Assembly (NCBI GenBank): GCA_020137815.1
Contig: CM035354.1
Span: 682,001 to 746,000, forward strand
DNA: 64,000 nucleotides
Direction of reading: 5' to 3'
Source: Hormiphora californensis
Taxonomy: Eukaryota; Animalia; Ctenophora
Part shown: in pieces, positions 34,547 through 45,335 of the stretch
Layout of the letters: each line of letters begins with the position of its first letter
Position numbering within the stretch: position 1 is the stretch's first letter
Notes under the pieces: model-generated
The model's database searches: none
The model's input: the letters and a program-made list of their open reading frames with translations, nothing else
Told to the model about the DNA's origin: nothing
Program-made: the position numbers and the translations under genes

Positions 34547-37500
34547 CTAGTATCTCCTCCTGTTGTTATACCCTCCTCCTCTGTTATTGTAGTGCCCGTA
34601 GGATCTGTCCCTGGACCGGGACCGTCGTCGAGGGGGCGATGATCTCCGTCTATATGGTGATCGATCACGGCGTCTGTTGTCATCCCTGAAAGAAAGACGT
34701 GATGTTAGCATTTATTTATCAGGAAGTCAGAAGTAACTCTATTTACTATGGAGCAACCCAAGCGAAAAAACTGGAGACATCGAAAAAGGGTCGAACCATC
34801 GAAAGGTCTCGTCGGCTGCACCTCATACTTCTCAAATGACTCCGTCTCCTTCAATTTCCTGACTGTCACCCTCGATCCCATCTCTCTGACCAGTTACTTC
34901 CTGAATCCCCGTTCAAGTCCCCTTTTGGGCCCCGTCTGCCCAAAGATTTAGAACCCAAAGTTTTTTGGAAATTTTTTCCCCAAAAAGAAAAAAAAAGACA
35001 GCATGGCGGGGCCCCCCAGAAAATTTTTTAAAAACCAAACCCCTTTAATTTCGTAAATTTTGGAAAAAAAAATTTTTTTCCCCAAACCAACCCCCGGCTT
35101 AGGGTACCCCTTTTTTCCTCAAGAAGGGGGGGGTTACGCTGAATTCAACAAACCCCGTTGCTTTCCTTTTTTAATGGGTTTTCCCCCGGAATTCAAACAA
35201 ATACAAACCAAGAAAATGTTTCTTTTTCTGGGACCCCTCTTTTGTTTACCTACCCCCTTGTTATTACCCCGTGATTGTCCCGGGAAACCACCTCTCAATA
35301 TTCGTTTTTTATGGGTCACCGCTTGTTGCCCCATCCTGAAGAAAACGGGGGGCATTTTTGCCGGATTGTCCCCCCTTTTAACAGTGTTTGGGGTTCCTTT
35401 TTAAAGTTTCCCCCAAAAACGGATAAAAAATCAAAAAGGGTAACCCAAATTATTTTAAAAGGAACTAACCCCCCTCGTTTCGTCCCCTCGATATTCCTTG
35501 ACCGGAATTTGTCCCGTCCCCTTTTCATATTTCCAAAAAGGCTTTTACCTTTTCGATCAAATTTAGTTTTTTTTCCTAATGGAACGGAAATGGCCCTGAA
35601 AAAGGGGGTAAAAAGGGTTTTTTCCCCCTTTTTAAACCCAAAAGGGGGGGGGGGAAAACCTTTGGTTTTTTGAGATTCCCCTATTTTGGTTTTTAATCCC
35701 CTCACCCGGCTTCCCCTTCTTTGCCCCTTGCGGGCACTAAGTGAGGGGTACCCGGTACAAGGGTTAAACCAGCCCGGTTAAAAGGTTTTCAAAAAAATTT
35801 TTATTTCCGGGCACACGTCGAGCAGCTGCTTTTCATCCTCTTTTGTCTTTTCCCGGATTTTTTACAAGGAAAATCATAGGAACGGGGTTGGTTAGTGAAA
35901 TGGTAAATAACATTCAAAACACAATGAAACGGTTCTCTAAAAGGATAAATTTTTAATAGAGGGAGAGAGAGAGAGAGAGATAGAGAGAAGAGAGAAGAGG
36001 AGAGGAGGGGAAGGGGGGAGAGAGGGAAAGGAGAGGGAAGAGAAAGGAGAGAAGAGGGGAGACGATGATCTTTTTGGCGAAAAAAACCTTTGGAACCTCT
36101 GTATTCTTGTGTTTTTTGTTGCTTAAGCAAAACCCATGATACAAGGTCCCTACGCAGGAAGAAAAAGATCGGGTTCAGAATTTAGTTTAGTTTACCACCG
36201 TTACCACCCAATCCTCGGCAAAAACTAGTCCCTTTTGTACACTGTTACATTATGCCTTTTGAAACCTACACACTGTCCGGTTTTCTTTCTCTTAACCTCC
36301 AACTCCCCTAATTTCTTTAATTGTTTCCAAAGAGTAATCAAGTGTTGTTTCCCCTAAAGGGGTCAACCCTGGTCTGGGTATCGTTGACAACAAGAAACGC
36401 TCACAAGTTGTACACACCTCCATATGTTTCATCTCGTTTATAAATGGGACGTTCTGTTTTACCTGGTGGGGTGGGAGAATGAGAGAGGAAGCTGGGAGAG
36501 AGAAAGAGGGAGAGGGGGGGAAAAGGGGAGGGAGAGGAGAGAAGGGGAAAAAGAGGAAAGGGGAGAAGGGGAAAAGGAAAAAAATTGAAAAATTGGGGGG
36601 GGTTAAAAAAACCCGGAAAAAATTTCCCCCGGGGGGTTTTACTTTTCAAATTTTTTTTCCCGCTTTGCATAAATCCACGTTTTTTCAGGGGTTTTTCCCC
36701 CGCAAAACCCCCCGGGGGGGGGGCCAAAAAAGGAAATAACAGCCAAATTTCCCAAAAAGGGGGGGGTTTTTTTTTTAACAGCATGGGGGGGGGGGGCCCC
36801 AATTTTAAAAAACTCCCCCTATTTTACTTTTTAAAAGGGGGTGAAAAAAAGGGGGAAAAATACACTTATCGTTGATGGAAATTTTTGGGGAAATGAAAAA
36901 AAAAGTTTGGGGAAAAAACCCTAAAAATAAACTCGGCTCGACGACAAAAGGCCCCCCTTTTTGTTCAACTTTTGGTTTTTCGTCCTCCGGGGGCCCCCAA
37001 AATTTTCATAATCTTGTTGTTTTAATTGTTGTTTTTTTGGGCTTTTTTCGTTAACAAAACCCCCAAAAAAGGAGATTTCCCCATAACCCATGCGAACCTT
37101 AAAACTAAAAGGGGAAGAAGAAAAAGGGGGGGGGTTGGTAATGGAATCCCCTCCTTAAAAAACTCGAAAAATAAAAAGCGGAACTTACCCCTTTCATTTT
37201 GGTTGATTGGGTACTTAAGGGGATGGGGGGGTTTTAAAAATGTCAAATTTTTAAAAAAAAATATTCCAGGAAATTTTTTAATTTAGTTAGAAAACCTTAG
37301 TTTTGGGGGGGGGGGGGGGTTTTTAGTTTTTCAAAAGCCACAAAAATTTTACCCCCCTATTTTTTAAAAAAACAAATAGATTTTTAACCCTTTAACCCCT
37401 TGGGGGTCCTTTAAACCACTTGCCTATTTACCAAGAAAGGGCTGTTCTCCTGGACACAAAGACATGGGGGGGGGGGGGCACAAAGGGTTGAACAGGGCAA

Positions 37501-38366
37501 GGCTGCCACCCTGATTTCTTACCTTTTCCAGCAGCATGTCTATTTTCTTGTCGAGATCTTCTAATTTCTGTATCCTTCCCTCATCCATCTTATCCTGTTC
37601 CTGAGAATTATTGAGAAATGAAATTATTGAAAGTGTGTCGAAACCGCTAAAACTAAAAGCTCGTGCTTACTGATCGACAAGTAACGCCGCGCGGCTCTAC
37701 TGCTTACAACTCTTGGCTTTTAACCGACTCAAAACTGCGCGCTCGGCCACACACCTGTTTCATATATCTCTCGTCATGTTCCAGACGTTCGTGCTGTTTT
37801 CGGATCTTCTTTTCCATGTCCTCAACAATTCCCTCCAGAAATCGGAGCATCATTGCCTCATAACCCATTGTCTTGTAACGCTGACTAGTTCGGTAACTGG
37901 AGAGAGAGACAATAATGGGTAGGGAGTTGGTAACATGTAGTATCACACATGCACTTAGAAACACATAAACAGACAAATAAAAAGACAGACAGACAGACTT
38001 ACACTTCTCTGATTTTCTGGTCGTGTATTGGATACTTGCAAGTACCAAGATCGGCCCGGGTATTAGTAAATAGATCGTGAGGGCAGAATTTCACCAAATA
38101 ATACTTACACACCTGAGAGTTAAATGTAGTTCAGATAACATTAATTGATAATTGGGAAGGGGGGGGGGGTACTAAAATATGTTTTTCAAACTGACACACA
38201 ATAACAATAATAGCCAAGTACAGTTTTGGTAATTGAACGATAAGTAAGATTAAACACTTACGTTACTGTCAGACCAGTGTAGTGCTCCCTTCTCCCTCTC
38301 AGTATCGGTCATGTCCCTATCCTTACCCATCAACTCATCCAACATAGCTCGCATCTCAGCAGCCAT
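34547..38366 (-). CDS. LUC7L3: LUC7-like 3 (U1 snRNP-associated splicing factor), multi-exon
   Basis: MAAEMRAMLDELMGKDRD..HWSD | VCKYYLVKFCPHDLFTNTRADLGTC..HD | GYEAMMLRFLEGIVEDMEKKIRKQHERL | .. RS-rich last exon RRRDRSPYRRRSSPPRRRSRSRDR..RRRY*. Middle exons lie in the low-quality 35-37.4 kb stretch. Confidence 0.88.
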
Positions 38367-38702
38367 ATTGGGCAACACCGGTTCTGGGTCCTATATAGGG
38401 TATTTAGTTAGTTATTGGGCAACACTGGGTCTGGGTCCTATATTATAGGGGGTATTTAGTTAGTTATTGGGTCCTAAATATAGGGTTTTTGGGCTGTGGG
38501 CAAGTGGATATTTTAGAGGGGTCAGTGGGGTGGGGAGAGAGAAGGGGCCAGATGAAGGGGTCAGTGGGGGTATTTTAGACCTTCCTGAAACTCGTGGAGT
38601 GGGGGTAAAAGAAGAAACCGAGTTTTTTTACCGCTGAAGTAAACGACAGAAAGAAAAAAACAAACACACAGAAAAATATTGTCCTCTCTCTGAATATCCA
38701 GC

Positions 38703-39047
38703 TCAGAAACCGTGAACTTTGATCTGTTCGATTCGGGCAATGCCAATAGCGGATAAGAAATCCTTGACATTTTTCCTCTGGTCCCCCTGTAACTGCAATA
38801 CCTCCCCATACTCAGGATGGTCCACTACTGTGCCGTTACAATGAAACTCTTTCTTCACAGCTTTGATAATCCTCTTGAGATCATAACTCTGGGAAATGCC
38901 CTGGATGGTGGTGAGGGTTTTCCTTCCGTTTCTCTGTTGTATCCTAATATGGATATCCTCTTTCTGTACACCGTCCTCTTGTTCCTCCATCACATCCGCA
39001 AAGGGATCTCTCCTGTCCAAGTTAGTTATTCCGCTGGGTTCAGCCAT
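38703..39047 (-). CDS. EIF1: Translation initiation factor eIF1 (SUI1), intronless CDS
   Basis: DPFAD..IHIRIQQRNGRKTLTTIQGI..KKEFHCNGTVVDHPEYGEVLQLQGDQR..IKVHGF*. Confidence 0.98.
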   Translation of the reverse strand: MAEPSGITNLDRRDPFADVMEEQEDGVQKEDIHIRIQQRNGRKTLTTIQGISQSYDLKRIIKAVKKEFHCNGTVVDHPEYGEVLQLQGDQRKNVKDFLSAIGIARIEQIKVHGF

Positions 39048-39332
39048 GATTGAAGTGCGTGTCTGTGTGTGTCTATCGCAGTGTCTAGGGTCTGGAGATA
39101 GAGTTGGGAGCAGCTAGGCTAAAATAAGGAGAGGTTTTGTTAGCTGTGGTTGAAAACAACAATTATATTGCAAACGCGTTTAATAAACTAAAGCACACAA
39201 ATCAAGCGGTATGTAAATCACGATAAAAATCACGATAAGAAAGTAAAAACCTTGTTTTGTTAAAACCCGTTTTATTTTATAGGGAGGGTCGAACAAGGCA
39301 ATAAAAAATGTAGAGGTAAAAAAATAATTTAT

Positions 39333-40201
39333 CTAGTTTCGAAGACGCGGGTAGACCTCATTCTCCCAAAATTCATTCGGAATTTTTAGATGATCAGCAT
39401 AAATAGACAGAAAATGAAGTCGATTCTGTTCCCACAGTTCTTTCAATCCCAGCCTGTCCTCTATCCACAATTCCTTACTCTCTTGGAGACTGTAAACTTC
39501 TTTATCCTGCCCTGGTTTAAAGAAACCAAACCATTCACTAGCGTAGGGTATAACAGTCGCGTCTTGTGTAAAGCGAACTAGTGTTACATTTGATGTTTTG
39601 AGGAGATTTGAGCGGTAAACTGGGTTGAAATGGGTTAGCTGATTCATCCCAGCTAGAAACCTGCTCTTGCTTCTAAACAAGGGGTCATTAAAAGGATCCC
39701 TCCAGTATTGAGCCTGGGCGATCATTCCCTGTACTAGGGGGGTGTAAGCACCAAAGTCCAAGAGAATCTTCACTTTCTCACAAACAGTATCGAGGGGTGG
39801 GACAATCAGGGAGTCCGAACACACCCGCCTGAGGTCCACCAAACTGATATAAATTCACCCACAGTGAGGTTTGAACAGGTCTGTAACAAAGTTCGCATTA
39901 GCAAGCCTCCCTGGGAGAAACCCAGCGCATGAAATCCTTCCTTTAATTCAGGATCTGATTGCAATACACTGCAAGCGTAATCGAGTTGTTTGTGGGGGTC
40001 CATGAACACGCTGTTGAACTTATCCATATCATTATCAGGTCCAATCATGAGATTATGGATATATACACCAGGTATGGCAGCCTGAAGACGTTTCACAACT
40101 GGATAAAGACTGGCAGCATTATCGTTCACACCGTGCCACAATACCACAGGGAGGGAATATCCACCAGGCAGTATCAGAAAAAGGGCAAATATCCAATACA
40201 T
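39333..40201 (-). CDS. PPT1: Palmitoyl-protein thioesterase 1, intronless; one apparent 1-nt frameshift at ~39841
   Basis: Signal peptide, PVVLWHG, GFSQGG nucleophile, AQYWRDP, F..D..V.P..SEWFGF and DHL. Removing one T in GTTTGGT restores SVGGPQAGVFGLP. Confidence 0.92.
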
Positions 40202-40494
40202 TTCACTATCACTGATAGAGTAATTACGCTCAACAATAGATACTGTTAACTTTGTAACTTTGTTAAGAGTTAGAGAAATTGAGAACTAAGAGCGAAACAG
40301 TATCCCAACACCGAATGGTATCACTTTTCAACAGCCGAGGAGAAGCTGCCGAATAGAGTCGAGAAAGCGGTAAACGTATGTAGAGTTAATCGCAATGAGT
40401 CTAATACACAATGGGTTCGAATTGAACCGTTCGATCATTTGCCGCCGGTGTCGGGGACCGAGGTGGAAACTTGATGAAACAAAGAGCTGTCAAG

Positions 40495-40655
40495 TCTCAA
40501 CTTTTGATTGGCAAACTGCTGGCGTGGGATAAGGCAGCGCGGGATAAGGCAGCGCGGGATAAGGCAGCGAGGGATAAGGCAGCGCTTTTCAATACTTTTG
40601 ACAACAAGAATTATTGCATTATGTGTTCATAATGCTGAGTTTCCCTGCCCTACCG
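40495..40655. repeat. Fragment of a dispersed repeat with an internal 15-bp tandem (gggataaggcagcgc) x4
   Basis: Reverse-complement matches at ~53945-53995 and ~52558-52612. Confidence 0.7.
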
Positions 40656-40749
40656 TTTCACATGTCAGTGACATTGTCACTGCCAACAGGATCAAGGCTT
40701 GGTCATAATGTAATGTGAGATGCATACGATCTAGCTGTCAGTATACTTC

Positions 40750-42628
40750 TATAATAATAATAATAATAGTAACAGTTTATATCCCGCTCTGACACAGTTT
40801 GTAATATGCAAATGGTCCGCCTTTCCGAAAAACAGTGACTGCAACCAGATGCCTGCTCCTAGAGCGGTCCTTTATCTTCGGCGTATGGTGCGATTAGGAG
40901 GTGATTTTCTTATGGGTGATTGATCAGGCATGGACGTGAATATCGGCAACACGTTTTCTGAGGAGGTATAATCCTCGGGAGGGTTATTTGCTCCCAAGGT
41001 TGACGGCTAGTGTCTCAAGCCTAGATTGGGTACTACTCACAGTGGAAAGGACAACAGCACTGACAGTGAAAGGAAAAAACCGATGGGTAGTAGATCGACA
41101 GTAAAACAGCAGACCAACAGACAGGACTAAGGACAAGACTAAGGACAAAACTATGAATCAGAATATTTAGTGGAACTAACAGACGCCCAGAATCATAGGT
41201 TGAGACACCACCAAGGAGGGGGGGGGTAGGTAGGGGATTTTTTTGTTGTTGTTTTTTTTTGTTTTTTTTGATTTCTTTTTTTGTTGTTTTTTTTGTTGTT
41301 GTCTTTTCTTTTTTTCTTCTTTTTTTTTTCTTTTTTTTGATTTTTTTTTGATTTTTTTTTCTTTTTTTTAAATTTTTTTGATTTTTTTTTGATTTTTTTT
41401 TTGCTTTTTTGCTTTTTTTCTTTCTTTCTTTTATCAATAAATTAGGTCATCAATAAATTATCTCTACAATTCGTCTACAAAAGAAACAGCCCTGGGTACG
41501 CCCAAAAAATTAAAACTCATAAAAAATAGAAACTTCCATCCCGTAACAAATATATAAAAACCACTTAGATCACACTTAAAAAAGACACACACATACACAC
41601 ATATACTGGAAACAAATGAGTCTGAAAAACAGCCCGGGGTTTTGAAAAAAACTCATCACAAAAAAGAGGCAGGCAGGCAAGCATTAACAAATAAATATAA
41701 AAACGCTTAGAACACACTAGAAAAAGCACTAGAACACTTGGAGAAACGCTCTAAGACCTCAGTACTCAAAAAACACTGGAAACACTTGACTTAGAAACAC
41801 ACTCAGAAATACACAAAAAAACACACAATTGTCTGAGGAGTCTCTTTTGGATTTTGATAACGATTTTAGAGGTCATATGCCTCTTTGAAGAAAGATTTAG
41901 CAAGGCAACATTGCAGGAGCGGACAACTTTGGATACGTGAGCAGAGAAGGTTAGTTCGGGATCCAACATCACTCCGATGTTCCTAACACTTGTTGTGGGT
42001 ACAGTGGGTTGTTCGTTTTCAAGGGTTTGGATAGAAGTTGGATTTGGCAGCTTGTCATTTCTGTTTCTCAGGAACATTACTTCTGTCTTCGAGGGATTCA
42101 GACAGAGGAAGTTCTGTGACATCCACGTTTTAATATGGTACAGACATGCTTGTAGGGTTTTCTCAAGGTTGGCTAGGTTATCGTTCGAGAAGGCCGCATA
42201 GAGCTGCGTGTCGTCGGCATACAATTCGATCTCGAGGCCATGATGTCTTGCAATAGCTTCGAGTTCCTTGGTATAGAGGATGAAAAGTAGCGGTCCTAGT
42301 ATGGAGCCCTGTGGGACTCAAATTTCGATGGTCAGCGGGGCAGATGTTACGTTGCCAATCTTGGTTTTTGTCTTCCGTCCGGTAAGGTAGCTTTTGAACC
42401 AAGTTAGTGCCATTCCAGTGACTCCCTAATGGTGTTCAAGCTTGTTTAGAAGTGAGGGATGGTGAATGGTATCAAAAGCTGCGCTTAGGTCCAGCAATAC
42501 TAAGACCGCTTTCGATTTCTTGTCCGTTATGAGAAGAAGATCGTTAACAACCTTGAGAAGTGCAGTTTCGGTGCTGTGGTTTGGCCTATAAGCCGATTGG
42601 GCATCTGGTAGCAGGTTGTTATCTTCTC
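40750..42628 (-). mobile_element. L2/CR1-group LINE, truncated RT pseudogene
   Basis: [63 protein letters not shown] at 41895-42628, with in-frame stops. (TAA)n at 40750 is the probable 3' tail; middle part is low quality. Confidence 0.85.
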
Positions 42629-42944
42629 ACATAGCTTAGAGTTAGCTAACTCCCAATCACATGACACTTGCTAACCAGCTTTTGACATTCCAACTTAACT
42701 ACTTATCTAACATCTCACACTCGACTCGCAAGATAAAAAGGTGTATGTAACACGCGAAACGCGCGGCAGAGCATTTCATGTTTTGTTGAGTGGCGCGCAC
42801 ACACACGTCCATCAAACTGTGTCAATGAGGTGTTTGATGAAGGAGTAGCTCGTCACTGTGCGCGTGGCTCTAGTTGCTACACCGGTCACCGTTGCCCCTC
42901 GCAACGAAAGTGTGACCAAAATGGTCCCTCTACCGATTAGTTAA

Positions 42945-43061
42945 AGTGCGTTTCAAACGACTTGACCTGAGATTCCTGGAAATTCAGGATTTCCCCTTTG
43001 TAAATACACGTGCAATGCGCCGAATTCCAAGAATTACGGGTCAAGTCGCTTGAAACGGACT
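42945..43061. mobile_element. 117-bp palindromic MITE inserted in a dispersed repeat
   Basis: AGTGCGTTTCAAACGACTTGACC / GGTCAAGTCGCTTGAAACGGACT. The empty site is visible in the inverted copy at 52225-52310. Confidence 0.8.
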
Positions 43062-43134
43062 TTAGTATACCAAAATGTCGTTTTCGAATTCTAACCCTGC
43101 TAAAGTCCGATTTTTAATAATGTGAACGGCTATC

Positions 43135-43810
43135 TTCGGATGGTACCTGGACTCATCATATTGGCGATATCGTAAGGAGAGCTAACATGATAGGTCACCA
43201 GAAGTACTACTAACCTTGTACAAGGCGTTAGTCCGGCCCATACTAGAATACTGTTGCCTGGTGTGGTATCCAACGAAAATCGGGGATATTCAAATGGTGG
43301 AAAACGTTCAACGGGCGTTCACTCGGAAGATCCAAGGGATGAAGAATCTGGACTACTGGCAGAGGCTAGAGGCGCTTGACCTTATTTCCCTCCAGAGAAG
43401 ACGCCAGAGATATGAGTTAATCCACGTTTGGAAGATCTATAAGGGACTTGTTCCCAATTGTGTTGAGATGGAGTTCCAGACGGGTCGGTTGGGAGTACAG
43501 GCGAAAACCCAGAAATATCCTTACTGGGCAGAATCCAAACGGGCAAACCAACTGTATAACTCTTTCGGCTTCAGGGCACCTCGGTTATGGAATAAACTCC
43601 CTCGAGAGGTTACTCTTTCAGAAACACTTCCTGGGTTCAAGGCAAACCTTGGTGCGTTCATGAAGGAATTATATGACAGACCACCGGTGCGTGGCTATAG
43701 GACGGTCCCTAATGAGTTTCGAGAGGCAGAAAGGAAGAGCGTTGTGTGAAGCTGTATATGTTGTTTGCTGCTGACGCTGTTTATGTCTGAGTAGGGACTT
43801 GTAAATAGAC
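43135..43810 (+). mobile_element. CR1-type LINE 3' fragment
   Basis: LYKALVRPILEYCCLVWYP..ENVQRAFTRKI..DYWQRL..L.SLQRRR.RY..I..WKI..RLWNKLP. Confidence 0.88.
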
Positions 43811-43862
43811 TAGTTGACAAAGGAGGACCCACGAGATGGGAATTTCTGCACTGTATGTTGTA

Positions 43863-44933
43863 GGGCGACGTTAAAATCTGGGTGCCTTGTCACGCGCAAA
43901 ACCAGAATTTACGCCGCGCGAACGCGCGCACGGTTTTTTTCGATTTCAGAAAATCACAGCTGGAAAGAGTTTGACTTTTTGAAACTTTTTTTCCAAAAGT
44001 TCCCAAAGTGAGAGAAGAAAGTAAAAAGTGAAAAAACCTGTTGAAATGCCGACAAGAGGCCTTCAGAGTTACAATCAAGTACGATAACGATGGTTGCTGA
44101 TGGGGTAAAAAGAAATGTGGTTTGAATGTGATTTAAATACATCCTCAAAAGAATTAATTTGAGAGCTTTGTATTATATTAGAACTCCGATATCTTGAGTT
44201 CTTAATCAGATAAAGAGTTCAACTTAAATGCATTGGAAAGTACTAAGAATTCTCTTTCGAAAACACTCGTTACAAGTCCTCTCATTTTGCCAGGAACCAG
44301 AAGGTAGCAGAAGATGGGTTGGTGACGAGAGAAGAGAGAGAGCAAGAGCGATGAAGACGATGCGAGAGAGAGAGAGAGGAGAGGGCGCGAGAGAGAGAGA
44401 GACGCGAGATGAGAGATCGAGATCGATGAGAGAGTCGAGAGAGAGATCCTCTCTCTATATCTATTGCTCTCTATCTCTAGCGTCTATTCTCTCTGCTCTC
44501 TCGCTCTCTACTCTCGCTTCTCTCGCCTCTACGCTCTCTCTCTCTTTCTCTCTCTTCTCTCTCGCTCTCTCTATAATTCCCGACGTATGCGATACTGCTA
44601 AAAATCACGTATACCATTACCCTGTCGTTTGGAATTGGACTTGGAAGAGAGAGAGAAAGAGATAGTGATAAAATTGAGAAAAAGAGAGAGATAGATAATT
44701 AAGAAAAAAAGAGAGAGAGAGAAATTTGATAAAAAGAGAGAGAGTAACTAAATCGAGTTAAAAGTCAGGAAATCAAAAAGTTAACTATACACAGGGGACT
44801 CGAACCCGGTACCTCAAGATTTCTTCATATCCGCTTTAACCTGATGTGCCATTTCCACATTAAAATATCTGCAATCTAACACATTTATAACGTGTTATTT
44901 TGTTGAACTTGGCATGAGCGAAAGATATAGAGA

Positions 44934-45013
<80 letters not shown>

Positions 45014-45014
45014 T

Positions 45015-45096
<82 letters not shown>

Positions 45097-45335
45097 GAGA
45101 GAGAGTGTGTGTGGGTGTGTGTGTGGGTGTGTATGTACTTTTGTGTGTACTTTGTGTGCAAGAATAGAAAGATAGCAGGCAAGATGGGCCGGGATCAGTG
45201 GTACACTCGGAACGACTTTACGTAACGTGCGGACGCCATTGCGATTCTTGGGGAGTCAGGAGATCTCGAGCGCGAGACTAGGAGAGCGCGCGAAAAAGCT
45301 TCGCGCGAGAAGGCACCCAGATTTTAACGCCGCCC
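43863..45335. mobile_element. Non-autonomous Mutator-like element with a perfect 9-bp TSD
   Basis: TATGTTGTA at 43854-43862 and 45336-45344. TIR GGGCGACGTTAAAATCTGGGTGCCTT / AAGGCACCCAGATTTTAACGCCGCCC. Confidence 0.9.
44790..44856 (-). pseudogene. tRNA-like A/B-box module inside the MULE
   Basis: Reverse complement TGGCACATCAGGTTAAAGCG..CCGGGTTCGAGTCCC. Confidence 0.5.

Noticed and set aside
34950-37450. Lys/Phe/Gly/Pro-rich ORFs here and at 41033-41437 and 45550-48500
   Set aside because: Products of homopolymer-inflated low-quality sequence.
44895-45225. RE- and SL-repeat ORFs (also 30601-30830 and 51650-51977)
   Set aside because: Translations of (AG)n/(CT)n microsatellites.
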